Shown here piece by piece: positions 1 through 7,823 of a stretch of DNA of 35,631 nt (positions are counted from its first letter, which is position 1; every line of letters begins with the position of its first letter). Below the pieces are notes generated by a model, which searched no databases, had not been told where the DNA came from, and was given only the letters and a program-made list of their open reading frames with translations. Where the stretch lies: positions 1 through 35,631 of the forward strand of contig JAZDCZ010000210.1 in assembly GCA_036679605.1 (NCBI GenBank), read 5' to 3'. A program made the position numbers and the translations under genes. The stretch is from Gemmatimonadota bacterium. Lineage in GTDB: Bacteria; Gemmatimonadota; Gemmatimonadetes; Gemmatimonadales; GWC2-71-9.

Positions 1-369
1 CGTTCCACAGGCGAGAATCCTTCGCCGATTGCACCGGTAGAATCTCAATTCTGTCAAACTGGCCCACGCCACAAGAGATGGGCTGATCCGGGGCTACAAG
101 CGTCTCACCGAAATCGTGGAGCTTTCCGTTTCCATTGCCCCCAAGGGGAGGGAGAAGTCGAATGAGACCGAGTCGATCACGTTCACTCAGCCTCCCAAGG
201 CAAAAACACCGAACTGATTCATCTCTCTCGTGAACTGATCAGTCGGAGCAACGAGAAGCAGCATAGCGGCGGGCTAGCGATGTGTTCAGTCCCATGCCCA
301 ATATTCTTGCAAACAAAATTGCCATGGGATGGGGAGATCGGAACAAGCAGTGAAGCGGTGAGCGGAGTC

Positions 370-479
370 GGTCAGATAAAGGTCTACATTATCCTCTTCC
401 CAGAATGATCCGCGAGTATGATTCCATCATGCTCCGTTACACGCGGCGCTGGAATGTCCATGAGAACCTCCCACTCTCC
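370..479 (+). repeat. 110-bp non-coding repeat, copy 1 (inverted relative to 35522-35631)
   Basis: Manual alignment with the reverse complement of 35522-35631 gives 107/110 identity, with mismatches at 381, 390 and 407. Contains a hairpin GAGTATGA-ttcca-TCATGCTC (414-434). Confidence 0.95.
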
Positions 480-508
480 TGGTTACAAGAATTCATCAAT
501 TTTCTCTC

Positions 509-536
509 TTGCACTCTTGGATCCAACGAGAATAAT
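509..536 (+). promoter_or_regulatory. possible sigma70-type promoter of the MauE/peptide operon
   Basis: TTGCAC (509-514), 16-nt spacer, AATAAT (531-536) in an AT-rich patch. Perfect palindrome TTGGATCCAA (517-526) in the spacer. Confidence 0.3.
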
Positions 537-642
537 AAGTTAATACAGAGGCTATCTGGACGACACGAATCGAGAGACCTTTCTCAAACAAGTTCCGACC
601 GGCGTGTCAGCCGACTCGCGCCCGATCGGCCGAATGAGACCT

Positions 643-1161
643 ATGCCCCGGCAATCGAACTCATTTCAGCCCGTGCGATTTCCCGGCACCCTGGTCACGC
701 ATCTGGAGATCGTGACCACCGTGTTCGTGGCTCTGATCCTGGCGATGGCAGCCCTCCTCAAGGCCATCGACCCCACGCACACGATTCTCGGAATCCGAGC
801 ATCACTCGGCTTCTATCCACCGTACTGGGCGATCGGCCTCCTTCTCTTCGGCGAGTTCATGCTCGCGGGATGGCTGATCTCCGGTCATAAGCGACGGGGA
901 GCCCTGATCGCAACCACGTGCACCTTCGGGATCTTCACGCTCTACCACCTGTTCAACATTCTCAGCGGCAACATCACGAGTTGCGGTTGCCTGGGAAGCC
1001 TTTGGCTGTTCACATCGGAATCCCAACCTCATGTCTACGTGGAGGCAGCTCTTGCCTTTGCGCCTTTCGCAGTGCTCACCAACATCACCATCCTCGGATC
1101 TCGCTCGAGCGACCGTGTCTTGACAAAAATCCAACTCAACGAACTAGGAGCAAAATCATGA
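643..1161 (+). CDS. MauE/DoxX-family membrane redox protein
   Basis: Four hydrophobic segments, 'ALLKAIDP', a Glu in TM2 ('GEFMLAGWLISG') and the 'SCGCLG' motif typical of MauE. Start uncertain (604, 634 or 643). Confidence 0.8.
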   Translation: MPRQSNSFQPVRFPGTLVTHLEIVTTVFVALILAMAALLKAIDPTHTILGIRASLGFYPPYWAIGLLLFGEFMLAGWLISGHKRRGALIATTCTFGIFTLYHLFNILSGNITSCGCLGSLWLFTSESQPHVYVEAALAFAPFAVLTNITILGSRSSDRVLTKIQLNELGAKS

Positions 1162-1445
1162 AGAGAAAACTCTTGCTGGCGAACCTCGCCATCCTCGTCA
1201 TTGGTTTCTGTATGTTTGCCGTTCCTCAGGTTCTCAACGCGAGAATTGCCGATATCCAGTGTGTTTGCCCCCTTCCCGACTGGTTCGATCCCGCTAACGG
1301 TGACTCCGTCATCGTGAACCAGTGCGATGGATCCACACCGGGTGTCGGCGTATGTACCGACAAATTGTGTGCCGTCGCATGTGGAAACTGCGGGACGGTT
1401 CACTTATATTTTTGTATCCGTGCCTTGGTCAGTCCGACGGAATAG
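1158..1445 (+). CDS. small secreted cysteine-rich protein (95 aa, 8 Cys after the signal peptide)
   Basis: AGGAG RBS at 1146-1150; ATG 1158 overlaps the upstream TGA (ATGA). Signal peptide MKRKLLLANLAILVIGFCMFAVPQVLNA; mature part CVC..C..C..C..CGNC..C. Confidence 0.8.
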   Translation: MKRKLLLANLAILVIGFCMFAVPQVLNARIADIQCVCPLPDWFDPANGDSVIVNQCDGSTPGVGVCTDKLCAVACGNCGTVHLYFCIRALVSPTE

Positions 1446-1478
1446 AGCCCAGGATCCGTCCGATCCGAGGCACCTCAC

Positions 1479-1513
1479 ATCTCGGGGAGGGAGAACACCC
1501 TCTCCGAGGTTTC
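1479..1513 (+). terminator. stem-loop after the Cys-rich peptide gene (weak terminator or mRNA stabiliser)
   Basis: CTCGGGGAGGG-agaaca-CCCTCTCCGAG, an 11-bp stem with one G-U pair, followed by a short T tract. Confidence 0.5.
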
Positions 1514-1523
1514 TCCGAATTCC

Positions 1524-2255
1524 GTGGGAGTCAACGTTGTGTCCACAACACGCCGAGTCGGGGTGGGTCTCATCGCGCTCCTGGCCCTGGCTTCGATGGT
1601 CAGGTTCGGGTACGCCTGGGACCGAGGTGGCGCCCTTCCGTACGAGACTCTTCTTGGTCACTTCTCTTGGCCCTTGCCTGGTGTGACAAACGAGGAGATA
1701 TCTCAAAGGGTAGCCAGGAGCGTCTCCAGCAAGGTGAAAGAGCTCCTGGTCGGCACACCCGGGTTGTCCAGAAAGAGCCACGACACGATCGCCGATCTCA
1801 CCGCGCAGATCGCCTCTGCTCAAGCAATCGGGGATGTCGAGCTCTACATGAACGTCATGCGGCAGGCCGGCGCGCCATTCGATCCGACAGCCACACCCAT
1901 CAAGAACATTGATAGGCTGAGAGAGCTGAGCACGAATGCCAAGCCCTGGGATGGCCTCGCCCTGTCTCGCGCCTCGGTCTTTCGCTTCCACGATCGACAG
2001 GAGTACAAGGAGACGTTCTCCGCTCGGCAGATGATGATCATTCGGGGCAAGCCGACGTTTCGCCCCAGCCCTCTCCAAGAGAAAGAGGCGCGGGTCGTCG
2101 GGGCCGTCTTCGTGTGTCTTCCCGTCCTGCAAGGAAAGACGCGCAACCTCACGGTCTATACATTTGCGGAAACGCAGCCGGAGCGATGGAATCTCTGCGA
2201 TTGGCTTGTCATTAGCGATGGCGATCTCAACGAGCGACCTTACTTCCTTTTCTAG
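1524..2255 (+). CDS. hypothetical membrane-anchored/exported protein
   Basis: 243-aa ORF with an N-terminal hydrophobic segment, co-oriented with neighbours and ending shortly before the next gene. Start uncertain. Confidence 0.65.
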   Translation: MGVNVVSTTRRVGVGLIALLALASMVRFGYAWDRGGALPYETLLGHFSWPLPGVTNEEISQRVARSVSSKVKELLVGTPGLSRKSHDTIADLTAQIASAQAIGDVELYMNVMRQAGAPFDPTATPIKNIDRLRELSTNAKPWDGLALSRASVFRFHDRQEYKETFSARQMMIIRGKPTFRPSPLQEKEARVVGAVFVCLPVLQGKTRNLTVYTFAETQPERWNLCDWLVISDGDLNERPYFLF

Positions 2256-2281
2256 GCGCAGGTATGGACCAGGAGCGTTTC

Positions 2282-3496
2282 ATGAAGATTCGGTTCCTTT
2301 TCGTCGGTGCAGCGATTTTCGCCCTCGGCATGGTGGCGAACAGCCTCCTCGATCAGGGATCACCGGATTCGAGCCCAGATGCTCGAAACCAACCGACCCG
2401 GGGCGAACCCATCGATGACGACGTCCTGTCTTCCTCCAACCCGGGTGCCCCCGAGGACAACCTCGCGCTCGTTCGAAACGCGATGGCCAACTCGACATCT
2501 GCCGGCTCCGGATCGGAGGCCACCCCCCGTTCCGAGGACGAGATCTCGACCGAGGCGAGCGCTCCATCACCTCCCTCCAAAGTCAGCGAGTGGTCGAGCT
2601 TTTCCGAGCTCCTGTTTTTTCTGGCCGATGGTTACGAGGACCGTCCCTATACGTGGCTCCGCCAACACCTGTCCTCCCTTGCTCCCTTTCTACAGACCGC
2701 CGAAGGGATGGAGGAGTTCCTCGAGATGCTGGACGGTGATCTCGATCCGCGCCTGCTGTCCGGCATGATGTATCTCCTCGGATCCGAGGGTCTTCCCAGG
2801 TACTACGATCGCATTCACGACATCGAGGCGTTGGAGGAGGAGATCTGGAAGCGCTTGCAAGCAGAAGAAGACGGCCACACCCAGCGGGCGCTTCTCCATC
2901 TCCTGGCCCACGACCCGCGGACAATTCGGAGTAGGCTCGATGATTTCCGTCGGCTTGCCGAATCCAGCTCGGATCCGTCCATTCGGGCCCTCGCCATCGC
3001 CGCCCTGGGAAAAGTGTCTTCCGAGGAAGGCGTGGAGCAGACACTGCTTGCATTTATCGAGGGAGACCACGACCCTGGAGTAAGAAGAGCCGCACTTACC
3101 GCCATCCTCAACTCGCCTCAGCTAGCCCAGCCTGTGTACGAGAAGGCTCTCTACGACCCCGACGTACAGATCCGATCGCTCGCCATTCGCTTCTACGCGC
3201 CTCCGACTCCCGAGGCGAAAGAGTCGTTCCAGAATCTGCTCGAGGAGGAGCTCGTCAGTACTCAAGACTACGTATACAAGGTGAGCCTGATCGAGAGGCT
3301 CACTGAATATTCGCCGAGTGCTCTCCACGGGTATCTCAGTGAAATGTTGATCACCGAAACGAACGAGGACGCCGTGAGCTACTACAAATCGCTCATCAGC
3401 CTACTCGACCAGGGCATCACGCGAAGCGGCGACCTCGTGCATCTCACCACGGAGAAGCGGGACGCCCTTCTCTTCAGCGCTTCCGGCGCCCACTGA
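2282..3496 (+). CDS. membrane-anchored HEAT-repeat protein
   Basis: AGGAG at 2271-2275 favours ATG 2282. N-terminal TM, acidic/Ser linker, HEAT-like repeats 'DPSIRALAIAALG', 'DPGVRRAALTAI', 'DPDVQIRSLAI'. Confidence 0.8.
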   Translation: MKIRFLFVGAAIFALGMVANSLLDQGSPDSSPDARNQPTRGEPIDDDVLSSSNPGAPEDNLALVRNAMANSTSAGSGSEATPRSEDEISTEASAPSPPSKVSEWSSFSELLFFLADGYEDRPYTWLRQHLSSLAPFLQTAEGMEEFLEMLDGDLDPRLLSGMMYLLGSEGLPRYYDRIHDIEALEEEIWKRLQAEEDGHTQRALLHLLAHDPRTIRSRLDDFRRLAESSSDPSIRALAIAALGKVSSEEGVEQTLLAFIEGDHDPGVRRAALTAILNSPQLAQPVYEKALYDPDVQIRSLAIRFYAPPTPEAKESFQNLLEEELVSTQDYVYKVSLIERLTEYSPSALHGYLSEMLITETNEDAVSYYKSLISLLDQGITRSGDLVHLTTEKRDALLFSASGAH

Positions 3497-3724
3497 CAAC
3501 GTGGTAGGGTCGAGGACTGGCGCGATGGCCCGTAGGACTCCCCGCTTTCGACTTCGGCTGGTAAGCGCGTGACCTTGTACTCATCGAAGAGTCCAAGGCC
3601 TCGCACAGCCATCGCCTACTCCACCGCTTCCAGCCGAAGCCTCGGCGCAGCGAAGATCAAACGATCCGTCAGGCATCGAACCGGTCTCGCAAAACACGAA
3701 CGAATCGGCCGCGATCGGGAAGGC

Positions 3725-5134
3725 CTACCGAACTGGCTCCACCGACCTTCTCCCCCACCCGGTTCCGATGGCGAACAGCAATGCGGCCAACAGCGCCCAG
3801 GAGTGATAATTGAGGAGACCGGCTTCCCAAGGGGAGACTTGAGGCAGACCGAACTCGGCCCCAGATCGGGTCATGGAAGATATGAGCACCGTCGGGATGA
3901 AGAACGGCAGCAAGAACGGATACGTGCACACCGCAAGGTCGAGGAGGTTCGCACGCCGATACGGGTGAATACCGACCGATTCTCCGGTCTCTCGCGTGAA
4001 TTTCCCAACCGTGAGAATGGCGACGACGGAATGGGTCGTGAGAAGAACGGCCGCCGAGACGACTCCAAAGATCCAAACCTCAACCCTTCTCTTGGATCGC
4101 CCCCCCCTGGCCGCGACTTCGACCAGTTTGTCGAGAAGCCCAGCTCCTTCGATGCCAGCCACGAGCCCCATCAACAGAATGGTGAAGATTGAGACTCCCA
4201 CTGCTTTCTCCATCCCGTCGAGGATGAGCCCTCGAGCGATGAAGTTCTCCTTGTCGAGGGACAGGATTTGACTGGGGGATATCAATCCCATGGCGAGTGA
4301 GCCCAAAACGGCGGCGAGGAGTCCCCACAATAACCCCTCGAGTAGATGACGCTTTCGCAAGAGCAAGAACACGATCAGAAGCGGGACGCCGATCAGCGGG
4401 AGAGCCCGAGGGTCACCCTGCGCCGAAAGTGGTGGCAACTTCGAATCCTCGCCTTGAACCACCACCGCATCGGATAGAACACAGAACAGAAAGAGGGCCA
4501 CAGCCGCCGCGGGCAAGGCGTAGCGCAGCCGACTCCGAACCACGCCTCCCAAATCGGCGCCTTGGGTGGAAGCCGAGGCGATCGTCGTGTCCGACAGCGG
4601 CGAGACGTTGTCGCCAAACGTGGCACCACCCAGGATCGCAGCCGCGACAAGGGTGGGATCGTTGCAAAGGAAGGCGCTGGCCGGATAGAGCAACGGAGCG
4701 GTCAGAAGGATCGTCCCGAGGCTGGTGCCGATCGCGGTGGAGACCAGAGCGCAGATCAAAAATGTTGCCCCCACGAATCCGCCCCCGGACACCCCGGCCT
4801 GGTGCGAAAGCCAGAGCAACGCATCGATGAGACCACTGGCTCCCATTACCGCGGAGAGGGCTCCCGCCAGCAACCAGGCCATGATCATCAAGAGCACAAG
4901 GGGCTGGCTCATTCCTCGCACCACATGCTCGGCGTAGGAGGTTCGGTCTTTGGAAAGAGCCATGCCGAGGATCAGAGAGGCCACGAGAATCGGCCAGAAA
5001 CCCCTCTCATCAGGAGCTCCGGAAAGGCCGAGAAACGCGACTCCAGAGAGAAACAACGCAAACGGCGCCAGAGTGCCGGCGGTGCCAAAATAGAAAGCGA
5101 GAGGTTCACCCTCGCCATGATTCCTCAGGTTCAT
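3725..5134 (-). CDS. Na+/H+ antiporter NhaC-family transporter (substrate unknown)
   Basis: Polytopic membrane protein with NhaC motifs 'STAIGTSLGT' and 'GGATFGDNVSPLSDTTIAS'. Confidence 0.88.
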   Translation of the reverse strand: MNLRNHGEGEPLAFYFGTAGTLAPFALFLSGVAFLGLSGAPDERGFWPILVASLILGMALSKDRTSYAEHVVRGMSQPLVLLMIMAWLLAGALSAVMGASGLIDALLWLSHQAGVSGGGFVGATFLICALVSTAIGTSLGTILLTAPLLYPASAFLCNDPTLVAAAILGGATFGDNVSPLSDTTIASASTQGADLGGVVRSRLRYALPAAAVALFLFCVLSDAVVVQGEDSKLPPLSAQGDPRALPLIGVPLLIVFLLLRKRHLLEGLLWGLLAAVLGSLAMGLISPSQILSLDKENFIARGLILDGMEKAVGVSIFTILLMGLVAGIEGAGLLDKLVEVAARGGRSKRRVEVWIFGVVSAAVLLTTHSVVAILTVGKFTRETGESVGIHPYRRANLLDLAVCTYPFLLPFFIPTVLISSMTRSGAEFGLPQVSPWEAGLLNYHSWALLAALLFAIGTGWGRRSVEPVR

Positions 5135-5381
5135 CCGGGCTCGACCACGATGTAGCCGATCTCGCCGCTGGGTACGGGATGGGTTCCCATGGGTAGGCGT
5201 CCTGCTCCAAGGTCATTTCTGAAAGAGCTCCTCGTCGAATGGACTCAAGTCTACCTGGGTTGGTGCCTAACAAGGACACGGATTCTCGAGGAAAGAGATC
5301 AAAGTGAAAAAGTCGGTTGAACGCGCTCTGATCGGCTCCATCGTGACGGAAACGGCTCGCGGGGGCACCAAACACGCCCAT

Positions 5382-7745
5382 TCACGGCTTTACCGCCCGG
5401 TCATCAATGCGCACCATCTGTGCCCTGGAGGGCTTGCCGTGGGCATCGATGTAAAACAACATGTAATAGCCGGGTGTGATGTTTTGCTCCGCGGCGTTGG
5501 GCATTTGAAATCGCAGATGATCGGCCTTGCCATCCACCTCGCGGGGATCCAGTTCGATCAAGCGCTGACCGCTATCCCAACCATGAGTAAAGGACGGCAG
5601 CTTGAGCAATCGCAACGCCTCTTTGCCGGTATGCCGGGCGCTGGGCAGGCCCGCCAACTTCACGTCATAGGTGCCCCCGCTTTGCAGCAAGTAAAACACA
5701 TCGCCTCCGATCTCCGAGCGGAAGGTGACACGACCCTGCTGGTCCTTAGTCTCCATAGCCACGATTGCCGCCGTGCGGTCGGAGTCGATGTGCAAGTACG
5801 GCGGGCTGAAGATCTCGGCCACCCAATCTTCGGTCGGTGTGGTCAGCATGCCTTTCTGACCCTTAGCCATCTGGCCATCCGTAAAGAAGTACAGGTCGAT
5901 GTCAACTTCGTTCAGGTTGGGCTTGGGTTGGCCGGCGCTTCGCGTAGGCATTTCTCTTAGGGGCGTCATGCTGACGGAGGCACGGGCTGTATTGCCACCC
6001 GAGACCCATACCCGACCGTCGGGCAGCAGGACGGCGCTATTGTGATAGAGGCGTGGTTCCACCGCCTCCGCCATCCGTTCTTTTTTGTACTGCAAGAAGC
6101 GTCCTTGACTGTTGAATTCTGGCGTCAGCAGGATGGGATGGTACACGGGACCATAGAAGTCGAAGTTGCCGCCATTGATGATGAGGATCTGCCGGGTGGG
6201 CAGAATGATGGCGGTGTGCATCGTGCGATCGTCCTGCGGTTGGTTGCCCAGGAAGTCATCTTCCTCCGTCCAATAGTCCTTGAGGGGCTCACCGGGATGG
6301 TGGAAGAATTGCTCGATCTTGCGGCTGCCGCGGCCCCCGGCAAAATGGTTCTTGGAGACGGCATCGATGGGGAAAAGAGTGCCCGCGGAAATGGGCTGGC
6401 CGCCCAGGATGGTAACCCGCCGGCAGTTGGGATCGTTGAAGGACGTGCCGTACGAGGTAGCGATATCGGGCCGCAGAGGGCCCATTTCAAAGGAGACCTC
6501 GGGATCATCCATCGTGCCTTTCACGTTCATCCAATAGGTGAACCTAGTCCGCCTCATGTATTCCGTATCGGGCGTCCGCAGGCTCACCCATTCACCCTCC
6601 CGACTCAGGTAGATCTGGTTCTTTCCCAGAAGATAGTTATTCGGGTAGAGTCGGAAGGCGTCTTTTTTGAGATCCTCGACACAGCGCGGTGGGCAGTCGC
6701 AAGGTGAAGTAAATCCCTCCGCCTTGGGGTCGAGGCCCCAGTCGTCCCAAAACTCCATGTCCACGCAGGGAGTGGGGAAAAAGGGATCGAGGACCAGCTT
6801 GGTATTGAAGGGACTATTGGGCGAGTCCTTGACGTTGATGAACTCCCAGGCCAGAGAGGGATCCTGAGGAGTAAAGCGATCGGGATTGAAGATCTCCACG
6901 TAGTGATTGATCTCAAAGCGATACATGGGTTCGTATCCGCGGTCAAAGCCGACGAAGCCGCTGAAGATCACGAAGCGGCCGTCCACCAGAGGCACAATGG
7001 TGGGGTACCAGCGCCCGCGCTTCATGAAACCCGAAAAGGTCCAGGGGTTGTTTAGGAGAGAGGGGAACTTGCGCCAGTCTACCCGGGTCCAGTCGATGCC
7101 GAGTTCCTTCCGCCAATCGAAGATGTAGGAAGTACGCGCACCGGTTCGATAGGGGAAGTAATACTGTGTGCCTCCCACGAACAGGGGGTTGCCGTTCGGC
7201 AACTGCATGTGCCCGGTGCAGAACATATCGTTGGGGGCAAACCGACCGCCGTGGTCGGGATCAGCTACGGGAACCGGTGAGGGGATCCGGTAGAAGGTAT
7301 TCTTGTCCGGATCGTAAAGGGCCGTGTTGTTCACAAGGCGGTAGTAGTTCGTCAGCTTGTCCATCCGGAAGGGATCTTCGTCCCGGATAAACAAGCCCTG
7401 ACCGGGACACGGGTCAGAGTATTGGGGGTAGGTTTGGACGGTGTTGGGATTGCGCCAGCTGCTGCCGCTGGCCAGCAGGATCTTTCCGGAAGGCAGGAGC
7501 ACGGTATGCACGGTTTGCATGCCGAGGATGCGCCCGATGGCTGCCCCATCATCCTTCGGAATCACCGTCTTCCAACTGCCGTGGATGGCTTCGTCAGGGT
7601 CTTGCGACCAGAAGCGCATCGCCTTCATTTTCTCCATGAAGGCACGGTCCATCTCCTGGGCGTAAACGGCGGTTTGGAAGCTGAGAATCAGCAACAGCGA
7701 GCTGCCGCAGCGGGCAAGGCGCAGTAGCGAACATGCCATGATCAT
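5382..7745 (-). CDS. secreted galactose oxidase/glyoxal oxidase-family (AA5) copper radical oxidase with C-terminal DUF1929-type Ig domain
   Basis: Signal peptide; catalytic motifs 'MFCTGH' (cross-link Cys), 'RWYPT' (Tyr), 'RLYHNSAVLLPDGRV' (Tyr/His), 'SFTHGWDSGQR' (His), 'PGYYMLF'. AGGAG 5 nt before ATG 7745. Confidence 0.92.
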   Translation of the reverse strand: MIMACSLLRLARCGSSLLLILSFQTAVYAQEMDRAFMEKMKAMRFWSQDPDEAIHGSWKTVIPKDDGAAIGRILGMQTVHTVLLPSGKILLASGSSWRNPNTVQTYPQYSDPCPGQGLFIRDEDPFRMDKLTNYYRLVNNTALYDPDKNTFYRIPSPVPVADPDHGGRFAPNDMFCTGHMQLPNGNPLFVGGTQYYFPYRTGARTSYIFDWRKELGIDWTRVDWRKFPSLLNNPWTFSGFMKRGRWYPTIVPLVDGRFVIFSGFVGFDRGYEPMYRFEINHYVEIFNPDRFTPQDPSLAWEFINVKDSPNSPFNTKLVLDPFFPTPCVDMEFWDDWGLDPKAEGFTSPCDCPPRCVEDLKKDAFRLYPNNYLLGKNQIYLSREGEWVSLRTPDTEYMRRTRFTYWMNVKGTMDDPEVSFEMGPLRPDIATSYGTSFNDPNCRRVTILGGQPISAGTLFPIDAVSKNHFAGGRGSRKIEQFFHHPGEPLKDYWTEEDDFLGNQPQDDRTMHTAIILPTRQILIINGGNFDFYGPVYHPILLTPEFNSQGRFLQYKKERMAEAVEPRLYHNSAVLLPDGRVWVSGGNTARASVSMTPLREMPTRSAGQPKPNLNEVDIDLYFFTDGQMAKGQKGMLTTPTEDWVAEIFSPPYLHIDSDRTAAIVAMETKDQQGRVTFRSEIGGDVFYLLQSGGTYDVKLAGLPSARHTGKEALRLLKLPSFTHGWDSGQRLIELDPREVDGKADHLRFQMPNAAEQNITPGYYMLFYIDAHGKPSRAQMVRIDDRAVKP

Positions 7746-7758
7746 GGGTCTCCTATTC

Positions 7759-7807
7759 ACTCGATCAACTCGATCAACTCGATCAACTCGATCAACTCGA
7801 TCAACTC
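7759..7807. repeat. 9-bp tandem repeat (ACTCGATCA)x5 plus partial
   Basis: Read directly; intergenic, immediately upstream of the copper radical oxidase RBS. Confidence 0.95.
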
Positions 7808-7823
7808 AAGTTTCACAACCATC

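Noticed and set aside
1..217. Possible 3' end of a gene at the window start
   Set aside because: The coding-looking frame has a TAG at 38-40, other frames close early, and no family is recognisable.
405..890. 161-aa ORF starting inside the 110-bp repeat, and other long overlapping ORFs (e.g. 11976..12917, 12924..13973, 29401..30888)
   Set aside because: Shadow or antisense frames of well-supported genes in GC-rich DNA, with no motifs.
643..1445. Methylamine dehydrogenase (mau) operon
   Set aside because: No MauA, MauB, MauD or MauG. The peptide has a single Trp and a non-Tat signal, unlike a TTQ small subunit.
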